Virus record (IMG/VR): IMGVR_UViG_3300016665_000452
Coordinates: 1-39,193 of that record
Direction: 5' to 3' (one strand)
Length of the DNA stretch: 39,193 nt
DNA from: a virus
Taxonomy: Duplodnaviria; Caudoviricetes
Under the pieces are notes generated by a model. That model made no database searches. It saw only the letters and a list, made by a program, of their open reading frames with translations, and had not been told where the DNA came from. Shown here piece by piece: positions 28,275-35,079 of this stretch. A program made the translations under genes and the position numbers. Numbering within the stretch: position 1 is the stretch's first letter; the number at the start of each line of letters is the position of its first letter.

Positions 28275-28319
28275 CGTTCCTCCTGTTGCGGCCAAGGCCG
28301 GTTAGCTCGAACGTCAGTC
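28224..28319 (+). repeat. attC-like site C (long; contains an RBS and start codon)
   Basis: GCCTAAC-ccccc-GCT(C)AAC...CCTTGGCC...GGCCAAGG...GGTTAGC-tcgaac-GTCAGTC. Confidence 0.7.
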
Positions 28320-28404
28320 GTCATCGCGGAGGGCTCTGCTTATCGCAATGCTCATCTTCCAACGGCTGTCAAGCACTCGGCCATGCTGGCGTCGCAGCCC
28401 AGCG

Positions 28405-28653
28405 TCATGGGTTGTCCCACCGGCCGTCCGGCCTCGGGTTTTGGCCTTCAGGGTACACCGACACCACCCAGCCGGCGGCGCGCGTCTCGGCTGCCTCTTG
28501 CAGGGCGTCGCGCAGCGGCTGGGGTTCGCTGTTCCACCACCAGTCGCTGGGCGGCTGGCCTTCATTCAGGTCAATCCAGACCTGAAACAGGCCATCACTC
28601 GGGACCTGCTGTTCAGCGTTCTCCGCGGGCCTGCGCTCAATCACTGTGCTCAT
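28405..28653 (-). CDS. Hypothetical protein (82 aa)
   Basis: MSTVIERR...; follows the upstream gene by 5 nt. Confidence 0.55.
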   Translation of the reverse strand: MSTVIERRPAENAEQQVPSDGLFQVWIDLNEGQPPSDWWWNSEPQPLRDALQEAAETRAAGWVVSVYPEGQNPRPDGRWDNP

Positions 28654-28658
28654 GTATC

Positions 28659-29204
28659 TCAAGCCGGAGAATGTGGCGAAGAAGGGGAAATAGCTTGCAA
28701 CAAAGAAACCTCCTGCGCGCGAGGCGCTGAGTCCAGAACGATCGTCCTGGGCTGCATCGCTACGCCATCGGCCAGCGCCTTTAGAAGAGCCATGTAGCGC
28801 GCGTCCACCTCGCGCAGTTGCGCCGTCAGGCCATCCACACGGCTGGCCCAACGGTGCGCTTCGTCGGCCCGGGCCGAGTGCGCCGCGTCTTTCAGCGAGG
28901 CAATCTCCGCTTGCAGCAAACGCAGGCACTCGTTTTCCTGGTGCGCGGTGTGCGTGCCGTAATGCCGCAGTCCGCTGCGATTTGCTGGCAGCGGGAAGCC
29001 GCAGTGTGAGCAATGCGGCATGAAACGCTGGTGAGGCGTACCTTCTTCAGCAGTTTGCAGCGCACCCCGCTTCGGAGACGCACACACCATGCACTCCCGC
29101 ATCGTCAGCCCGTGTTCGCACTTTTTTGGCATCGTGTTCCCCATGCACTGCGGGCACTCAGGCACGCGGTGCGGCTTGCAAAACATTGGTGGCAGTCGCT
29201 GCAT
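28659..29204 (-). CDS. Hypothetical Cys/His-rich plus coiled-coil protein
   Basis: Several CxxC and CxH motifs; begins within repeat copy 2 (alternative start 29132). Confidence 0.6.
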   Translation of the reverse strand: MQRLPPMFCKPHRVPECPQCMGNTMPKKCEHGLTMRECMVCASPKRGALQTAEEGTPHQRFMPHCSHCGFPLPANRSGLRHYGTHTAHQENECLRLLQAEIASLKDAAHSARADEAHRWASRVDGLTAQLREVDARYMALLKALADGVAMQPRTIVLDSAPRAQEVSLLQAISPSSPHSPA

Positions 29205-29235
29205 GTCAGCCTCTTCGTTCAACAACGGGCCTAAC
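29144..29235. repeat. 92-bp direct repeat, copy 2
   Basis: Matches 27758-27849 with one mismatch (27826 C vs 29212 T). Confidence 0.95.
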
Positions 29236-29285
29236 TCACGCTTCAAGCCGACGCCTTAGGCGCGGCTTAAGCTGAGCCGTTAGGC
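29229..29285 (+). repeat. attC-like site D (near-canonical)
   Basis: GCCTAAC-tcacg-CTT(C)AAGC-CG(A)CGCC-tta-GGCGCG-GCTTAAG-ctgagcc-GTTAGGC, with both extrahelical bases. Confidence 0.88.
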
Positions 29286-29301
29286 TTCTTGTGGCGGCTT
29301 G

Positions 29302-30141
29302 TCACGCTTCCACGCCGTCCATCGTGAATTTGCGCTGTATGCCCTTGTTCAGCTCGGCCAACATGCCCTGCGCCCACACCTTGCCGCCGCCGCTGGCGTA
29401 GTACGCGGCGGCGCGGTTCGCGGCATCCAGCAGCACGCGGGCGCCTTTCTCGCGCAGGCGCTTGGTCAGCCGCTTGTCGGCCAACCCTTCGCCGCACTTC
29501 GCGTTCAGAAGCCACAAGCCTTCGAGCAAACGCTCGGCCACCGGCATCTGGTCTTGCGTGCTCAGCTCGGCACCCATCGCCAGCACTAGCCGGAAAACGT
29601 CCTTGTCTTCAGCGGCTCGGCGTGTGCACCAGGCCACGCACTTCAACTGCCCTGCCGTGTGTGCGCTTGGCTTGATCTCCAGGCCCAGCGCTTCGCACTG
29701 CTGCTGCACGTAGGCAGCCACCTCGTCACCAGCGGCCACCATTGCCTTCTGCTTCGCTACCGCCGTCACGGGCTTGCGGCCGGTGTTCAGGTCCAAGAAC
29801 CCGCGTGCTTCGGTCTTCACGTCGGCCGTCTTGAACACGACGCAGGGCAGGTGCGTAATGTCGCTGCGCCGCTTCGCGGCCAACGTGCGATGCTGGCCGT
29901 CAATCACCCAAAACTCTCCGCCGCGCTCGCCCACCACCAGCGCGCCCAGGCTCAGCCACGACCACGCGGCAGTGATCGCCTTCACTTTCTCAGGCAGCAC
30001 GTCGCGCTGGTAGGCTGGGTGAATTTGCAGCACGTCCTTGTGCAGCATCTTCAGTTCGCCGGGCTCGTCCTTTGTCACCCAGCCATAGCGGGCGGTCTTA
30101 TCCACGCCCTTGGCGGTGTGCGTCGTCAGTTCCATGCTCAT
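29302..30141 (-). CDS. ParB-like/DGQHR-motif protein (DUF6551-like)
   Basis: IHPAYQR and WVIDGQHR motifs; AAAGGA RBS; sole gene between sites D and E. Confidence 0.75.
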   Translation of the reverse strand: MSMELTTHTAKGVDKTARYGWVTKDEPGELKMLHKDVLQIHPAYQRDVLPEKVKAITAAWSWLSLGALVVGERGGEFWVIDGQHRTLAAKRRSDITHLPCVVFKTADVKTEARGFLDLNTGRKPVTAVAKQKAMVAAGDEVAAYVQQQCEALGLEIKPSAHTAGQLKCVAWCTRRAAEDKDVFRLVLAMGAELSTQDQMPVAERLLEGLWLLNAKCGEGLADKRLTKRLREKGARVLLDAANRAAAYYASGGGKVWAQGMLAELNKGIQRKFTMDGVEA

Positions 30142-30190
30142 CCTTTCGTGGGCACTCGGCCCGTTGTTGAATTCACGCGCTCCGGCTACA

Positions 30191-30248
30191 GCCGAACTGG
30201 CGGTTCAAGCCGACCGCCTTCGGCGTCGGCTTAACCTAATCGTTAGTC
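30191..30248 (+). repeat. attC-like site E (near-canonical)
   Basis: GCCGAAC-tggcg-GTT(C)AAGC-CGACCGCC-ttc-GGCGTCG-GCTTAAC-ctaatc-GTTAGTC. Confidence 0.88.
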
Positions 30249-30266
30249 GTCATCGTTGCTCCTTAC

Positions 30267-30314
30267 GGGTGTGGCCCTTGGGTAGAGCTACGCCGGCTCA
30301 CCCCGGGGTTTGGC
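30267..30314 (+). repeat. attC-like site F (degenerate; homologous to site A)
   Basis: GGT(A)GAGC-tacgccg-GCTCACC-ccggg-GTTTGGC; shares GCTACGCCGGCTCACCC with site A. Confidence 0.55.
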
Positions 30315-30578
30315 GCATTCCACTTCGGCCGCAGGCTGCGCGTCCACCAGCTCCTTCATGGTTCGCAGCCGCACGCCATCCACCAAGCTCGGCACGCCTT
30401 GCGCCAGGTGGGCAAGCCCCTGCGCCTCGTCAAACGCATCCGCGAGCCGTTTTTCGGCCATGCGCTTCAGGGCACGCATGATGTGCCGGTGCGGGTCGGT
30501 GTTCTCAACGCTGGCGTCCATCGCGCGCACCAGCGCCAGCACCTGTACAGCTTGGTCTGCAAGGCTCATGTTGCTCAC
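30288..30578 (-). CDS. Hypothetical protein
   Basis: GTGA overlap with the upstream gene; stop lies inside site F. Confidence 0.6.
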   Translation of the reverse strand: MSNMSLADQAVQVLALVRAMDASVENTDPHRHIMRALKRMAEKRLADAFDEAQGLAHLAQGVPSLVDGVRLRTMKELVDAQPAAEVECAKPRGEPA

Positions 30579-30793
30579 GCCGCCGCCTCCCGCAGCTTGT
30601 CGAAATGCTCGGCCACATCCCGGTAGTCGGCCCAGATCCGCCCACCCGCGTTGTAGGTGCGCACGCCCAGCACGCCCTTGCTGCGCTGCGTGTGCAGCGC
30701 CACCACGCTGATGCCCAGCACCTTGGCAAGCTGCTCGGCGTTCAGGCGCGGGCCGTACTCCTGCAGCAGGTAGGCTTGTGTCATCAGGCACAT
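30575..30793 (-). CDS. Excisionase-like HTH protein
   Basis: 72 aa, LLQEYGPRLNAEQLAKVLGI winged-HTH pattern; near the distal end of the early operon. Confidence 0.7.
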   Translation of the reverse strand: MCLMTQAYLLQEYGPRLNAEQLAKVLGISVVALHTQRSKGVLGVRTYNAGGRIWADYRDVAEHFDKLREAAA

Positions 30794-31158
30794 CAGTTCG
30801 ACCCTCCATCAGCGGGCGGCATCACGCGCCACCCTGCATCGCGCAGCAGCGCCGCCGCGCGCTCGATGTCGCGGCCGCGCCAGTCTCGATTCAACGCCCA
30901 GCGGCCCGCGCTGAACCTCACCTGCCCGGCCGCGCGCGGCGCCTTGAGCAGGCCCCAGACCTGCCGCGGATCCAGATCGCAGCGCACGCACAGGGCCAGG
31001 GTGGGGATGTCGTTCACCTCGGCCAGCTCGGCCAGCACGCAGGCGAGCTTGGTGCCCTGGCGGGCGTCCTGCGCGCCGGGCTCGGCGTCGGTGCGCAGGC
31101 GGATGGCGGGATGGGGGCGCAGCAGGGCGTCCCAGGGGGTGGCGTGTGTGGTGCTCAT
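30793..31158 (-). CDS. Hypothetical protein (winged-HTH-like)
   Basis: MSTTHATPW...; overlaps both neighbours. Confidence 0.55.
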   Translation of the reverse strand: MSTTHATPWDALLRPHPAIRLRTDAEPGAQDARQGTKLACVLAELAEVNDIPTLALCVRCDLDPRQVWGLLKAPRAAGQVRFSAGRWALNRDWRGRDIERAAALLRDAGWRVMPPADGGSN

Positions 31159-31439
31159 TGGGCGGTTCTCAGCGAATGGGACATGGCCAACGTACCGCAC
31201 TTCGAGCAGGTGGCAGACCACAGCCCGCTGTCCTGGTCGTCGTAGGGTTCGCCGTCCCAATCGTGCTCGCAAAGGCCGCCGCTGGTGCAGGCGCAGTAGC
31301 AGGCGGCCGGGTTGAAGCTGGAGAGCACGCTCTGCAGAGGCGCGCCCCATTCCTCGGCCAGGCGCTCCATCTCGGCCTGGACCGCGGCATTGCGGGTCGC
31401 GCGCAGCGCGGCAAAGTCCGGGGGCGTGCTGCTGCTCAT
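31155..31439 (-). CDS. Hypothetical Cys-rich (Zn-binding-like) protein
   Basis: CYCAC, CEH and CSKC motifs. Confidence 0.55.
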   Translation of the reverse strand: MSSSTPPDFAALRATRNAAVQAEMERLAEEWGAPLQSVLSSFNPAACYCACTSGGLCEHDWDGEPYDDQDSGLWSATCSKCGTLAMSHSLRTAQ

Positions 31440-31441
31440 GG

Positions 31442-31669
31442 TCAGAACGTGGTCGGCTGTGCCACGCCGCGCGTCAGGGCCATCAGGCCCGTCTGCAGGT
31501 CCGTCGCGCCGATGCTGACCCAGCGCTGATCGAGGCCCGGCGCCTCGCGCAGCTTCTGCACCAGTTGACCGAGCTGCACGCCGTGCTGCTTGATCTCGTT
31601 CATCAGCGCCGCTTCGGCCTCGGTGAGCTGTCGGTAGCCCGTGATCTTGGGTTGGATGAAGGTGTCCAT
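31442..31669 (-). CDS. acb2: Anti-CBASS cyclic-nucleotide sponge Acb2-like protein
   Basis: KITGYRQLTEAEAALMNEIK...RWVSIGATDLQTGLMALTRGVAQPTTF matches the recalled Acb2 pattern (KIxGYRxL...MNxxK...RWxxIxxTDxQTGxMAxxRxxAQPxxF). Confidence 0.88.
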   Translation of the reverse strand: MDTFIQPKITGYRQLTEAEAALMNEIKQHGVQLGQLVQKLREAPGLDQRWVSIGATDLQTGLMALTRGVAQPTTF

Positions 31670-31687
31670 GTCGTCGATCCTTGCTGC

Positions 31688-32536
31688 TCAGCTCACCACA
31701 GCCCCATTGAACACCGTCACCCCCAGCGCCGCCTCGATCGCCTTCCACTGAAAGCGCATCGCGTCCTCCAGGATCTTGTGCGGGCGCAGCAGGTCGTACC
31801 ACATGGTGAGCTTGCCGCCGTCGGCGATGCGGTAGCGCAGGCGGGCCTCGACGCGGTAGCGGTCGCCGTTCTCGAAGACGGGCACGCCCAGGGCAAAGAC
31901 CTCGGGCACGGTGATGCGCCCCTTGCTGGCGGTGCCCTCGATCGTCTCCTCGTAGGTGAACTGCGTCTGTCCGTTGCTCAGGCGCAGGCCGCTCGCAAAG
32001 TTGACCTTCTTCTTGGCCTCCAGGCTGCGGGCGATCTCCAGCATGTCTGCGGCGGCCGGCTCGGCGATGTCGGGCAGGTTGTCCTCGATCCAGGTGGCAA
32101 AGGTCTCCTGGTCCATCTTGGTGCCGTTCTTCGCCGTCCAGCGCGTCCATTCCTCGCTGAGCGGGCAGTCGAAGACGGCCAGGTCGTCGCGCCAGCCTGG
32201 AAGTGCTGCCCCGTGATCGTTGAAGACTGCGCGGAAGCCGGGCTTCGGGGCGATCGTGCCGTACATGCGCAGCGTGCTGCTTTCCGACGTCACATCGGGG
32301 CAACGCTCGCGCACGTAGGCGATGAAGCTGGCCATGTCGCGCAGGTTCACGGTGCCGCGCGGGCGGGCCGGCGCTTTCTGCATGTTCTCGACCGACTGCA
32401 GCTTGGCGCCTGCAGGCAGCACGACGAACTCATGGCCGTCGCCGGTGTGGTTGACGCGCAAGGCCATGGCCATGCCGGCGTTCAGCAGCGTCTCGGCGTC
32501 GGTCTTGCCCATGTTGAGGGTGGTGTCGTTGCTCAT
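31688..32536 (-). CDS. DUF2303 (YfdQ-like) protein
   Basis: MDQETFATWIEDN, VNFASGLRLSNG, ARLRYR. Confidence 0.85.
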   Translation of the reverse strand: MSNDTTLNMGKTDAETLLNAGMAMALRVNHTGDGHEFVVLPAGAKLQSVENMQKAPARPRGTVNLRDMASFIAYVRERCPDVTSESSTLRMYGTIAPKPGFRAVFNDHGAALPGWRDDLAVFDCPLSEEWTRWTAKNGTKMDQETFATWIEDNLPDIAEPAAADMLEIARSLEAKKKVNFASGLRLSNGQTQFTYEETIEGTASKGRITVPEVFALGVPVFENGDRYRVEARLRYRIADGGKLTMWYDLLRPHKILEDAMRFQWKAIEAALGVTVFNGAVVS

Positions 32537-32549
32537 GATCCAGCCCCCC

Positions 32550-32894
32550 TCAGACAGCCACGCGCTTCAGTTCAGCCGCACCCGCCTGCGCGGGCTTGTC
32601 CACCACGCGCAGACCCTCGATCTGCATCTGCCGCGGGTCTTCGCGCGTCAGGTTGCCTTCGGGCGTGGCGAACATGATGCTGCTGCCGCGCTCCTCCTTG
32701 GGCAGCTTGAGCTTGATGTCGTCGAACACCTCGATCTGCCCGCCCTTGCCGGGCTTCAGCGTGAGCTTGAGCGTCAGGTCGCCGCTGCGGCCGGTCTCGG
32801 CGCACTTCTGCGTCAGCTCGTGCAGCTTGGCAGTCAGGTCTTCGGTCAGCGTGCCGAAGCGCAGTTGGTTCAGGGTGTCAGGAAACGGTCGCAT
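32550..32894 (-). CDS. YfdP-like conserved phage protein (partner of DUF2303)
   Basis: FATPEGNLTREDPRQ motif; synteny. Confidence 0.7.
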   Translation of the reverse strand: MRPFPDTLNQLRFGTLTEDLTAKLHELTQKCAETGRSGDLTLKLTLKPGKGGQIEVFDDIKLKLPKEERGSSIMFATPEGNLTREDPRQMQIEGLRVVDKPAQAGAAELKRVAV

Positions 32895-33510
32895 GGTTCA
32901 GGTCTCTCGGTTGCAGGTCAGCCTGGGCCCGGGCTGATGGCGGGTTGAAATTGCGGTGCGTGGAAAGACTGCCACCCAGCGCCCACACGCTGGCCCCGCG
33001 CACCGTAGGCGCCCAGGTCTGCCCGCAGCGAACGCGGCTGATGCACTGGACGCTGACGCCCAGCGCGTGCGCCACCTGCACGCCGGTCTGGCGGCTGTCG
33101 CGTATCCAGTCGGCCAGCTCTGCGCTGAGCACGACGCCGCCGCTGGCCAGGCGGTTGCGCCGGTTGATGGCGCGCCGCTCTGGCAGGCCGCGCAGCCGGC
33201 CGGCGGCGGCCAGCCAGGCGCCCATGTTGGCCCGGGTGCCGGCCTGCAGGTGCGCCGGGTTGCAGCAGTGGTCGTTGCCGCAGGTGCGCCACACGACGGT
33301 GCCGCGCGTCAGCGGGCGCCCGGCCAGGAGCCAGGCGGCGCGCTGCAGCGTCTCGGTGCGCTGCAGGTCGCTCAGCCAGACGTTGCAGTCCCACTGCTGT
33401 GTGCGGGGGCGGTAGACCTGCTGGCGGTAGGTCCAGCAGTCGCCGCGGCTGGTGATGACGCAGCGGTCGCGCAGGTCGCTCAGGGTGCGGATGCCGTAGC
33501 GGGTGCTCAT
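32878..33510 (-). CDS. Degenerate HNH/His-Cys box protein with C-terminal HTH
   Basis: DCW, TCGNDHCCNPAHL, QVAHALGVSVQCISRVR. Confidence 0.65.
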   Translation of the reverse strand: MSTRYGIRTLSDLRDRCVITSRGDCWTYRQQVYRPRTQQWDCNVWLSDLQRTETLQRAAWLLAGRPLTRGTVVWRTCGNDHCCNPAHLQAGTRANMGAWLAAAGRLRGLPERRAINRRNRLASGGVVLSAELADWIRDSRQTGVQVAHALGVSVQCISRVRCGQTWAPTVRGASVWALGGSLSTHRNFNPPSARAQADLQPRDLNHATVS

Positions 33511-33842
33511 GCCGCCCTCCGCTCATCCCGCGGCAGCCACAGCATCACGTGCAGCTCGTCCACCACCAGGCCCAGGCGCCGCGCCAGGCTGCGCTCGAGC
33601 CGCGCGCCGCGCGAGCCCTGCCACCCGGGCAGCATGGCCATGTGGGTGCAGTCGCAGATGGCGCGGATGTCCGCGCGCATGCACTCCTCCCACGTTGCGG
33701 TCGGGTCGGCCAGCTCGGCCGGGTTGACGACGTCCCAGCCCGCCTGGCGCAGGATGCGTGCCGCGTGGTGGAAGGCCGGGAAGTTGAGGTCCGGCCACCC
33801 CGTCATGGGGCCCGAGACGTAGATGCGCAGAGGGCGGGTCAT
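33507..33842 (-). CDS. DUF4406 family protein
   Basis: IYVSGPMTG, NFPAF, LPGWQGSRGARLE. Confidence 0.85.
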   Translation of the reverse strand: MTRPLRIYVSGPMTGWPDLNFPAFHHAARILRQAGWDVVNPAELADPTATWEECMRADIRAICDCTHMAMLPGWQGSRGARLERSLARRLGLVVDELHVMLWLPRDERRAA

Positions 33843-34471
33843 ACGGGCGCCCCGGAAATGTCGCCGCCAATGTCTGCGGACATTGCCGCGGACATTGCCG
33901 ATTGGCCGGCCACCTTGCGCGCCTGCGCAGCCAGTTCGTCGCGCTGTGCCTCCTCGCGCAGGATGGCCACGGCCATGCGCGCGCCCCAGATGGCGTCGTG
34001 CAGGGCGTGGTGCTGGGGCCGGTCGTCCCCGGGCACCTTGACATCACGATGCCCGTGGCGCCGCTCGCGCAGGCAGCGCTGCTGCTTGTGCGTCCAGGGC
34101 AGCTTGATGCTGGCACGGCGGTAGGTGCCGGCCAGGATGGTCAGGTCGAAGTCGGCGCCGTTGCCCCAGACGTCGGTCACGCCGCGGGTGCACATCCAGT
34201 AGCCCAAGTCCGACAACGCGACCAGCAGCGAGCCGGTCTCGGCGCAGATCTCGGCCCGCGCTGCGTCGTCCTGCCGCAGCCACCACAGCACGGTGTCCAC
34301 CTGCATGTGGCCGCCCTGGCGCACGGCGTCGGCCAGCAGGCCGGCGCGGTAGAAAGGTTCGGCGTGCAGACCGTCGCCGGGAAGGGCCGGGTCGAACAGC
34401 ACCGCACCGATGGCGCAGATGGCCGCGTCGGGCTGCTGGCTCATGGTCTCGAGGTCGATCATCACGTGCAT
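33839..34471 (-). CDS. 3'-5' exonuclease (DEDD family)
   Basis: VMIDLET, WGNGADFD, HHALHDA. Confidence 0.85.
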   Translation of the reverse strand: MHVMIDLETMSQQPDAAICAIGAVLFDPALPGDGLHAEPFYRAGLLADAVRQGGHMQVDTVLWWLRQDDAARAEICAETGSLLVALSDLGYWMCTRGVTDVWGNGADFDLTILAGTYRRASIKLPWTHKQQRCLRERRHGHRDVKVPGDDRPQHHALHDAIWGARMAVAILREEAQRDELAAQARKVAGQSAMSAAMSADIGGDISGAPV

Positions 34472-34587
34472 CACGCCACCCACCACGCGTAGTCCGCGCC
34501 CAGCGGCGCCACGAGCAGCAGGGCTGCGATCACGCAGCAGGCGGCTGCCCACCAGTCTTCGAGGTTCTTCACGGTTCGCTCCTTCAT
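34471..34587 (-). CDS. Small membrane peptide (38 aa)
   Basis: MKERTVKNLEDWW followed by a hydrophobic helix; overlaps both neighbours. Confidence 0.45.
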   Translation of the reverse strand: MKERTVKNLEDWWAAACCVIAALLLVAPLGADYAWWVA

Positions 34588-35079
34588 GCCGCCGCCCGCG
34601 GCGGCTCGATGACGCGCGCGCCCTCGGACGCATGGCCGGCCAGCGCAGCGCGCACGCGGCGGGCTACGCGCTCCCCGGCGGCAAAGCGCTCGGCGTGCGT
34701 CACGTTCTCCAGAAGAAATATCCACGCCTCCTGCAGCGCCGCCAGGGCCTGCAGCTCGGCCGCGCGGGCGGCGCGGGTGCCGGTGGCGGTCCAGGATGGC
34801 GACGCAGGCCTCCTGGGCGCGATCGACCACGCCGCCCTCGTCGCGCGCCAGGCGCATGCGGCAGAACTCCTCCACCAAGTTGACCGCGTCGAAGATGCAG
34901 CGCCAGTCGGCCTCAGTGGCCTGGGCGCGGCGCACGGCGTCGATGGCGCCGGCCAGCTGCAGCGCCCAGACGGTGCGGTCGTCCAGGCTCAGCCTGCAGG
35001 CGCCTTGCATGGCCACCAAATGGGCTGCGGGGTTGACGCCGCGCGGGCGGTAGGCAGAGCGCTTGCGCATGATGCTCAC
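34584..35079 (-). pseudogene. Hypothetical protein with an apparent frameshift near 34785
   Basis: The coding-like frame switches after AILDR; the second frame ends at TGA 34584-34586, overlapping the next ATG. Confidence 0.6.

Noticed and set aside
27843-30248. The hairpins as plain terminators or REP elements
   Set aside because: They have no U tracts, ORFs read through them, and they share AAC/GTT boxes, fixed spacers and extrahelical bases typical of attC.
33848-33900. GGAAATGTCGCC and AATGTC/GACATT repeats as a third activator site
   Set aside because: Only a half-site without the N12 palindrome or downstream CAAT, and it lies within the exonuclease C-terminal coding region.
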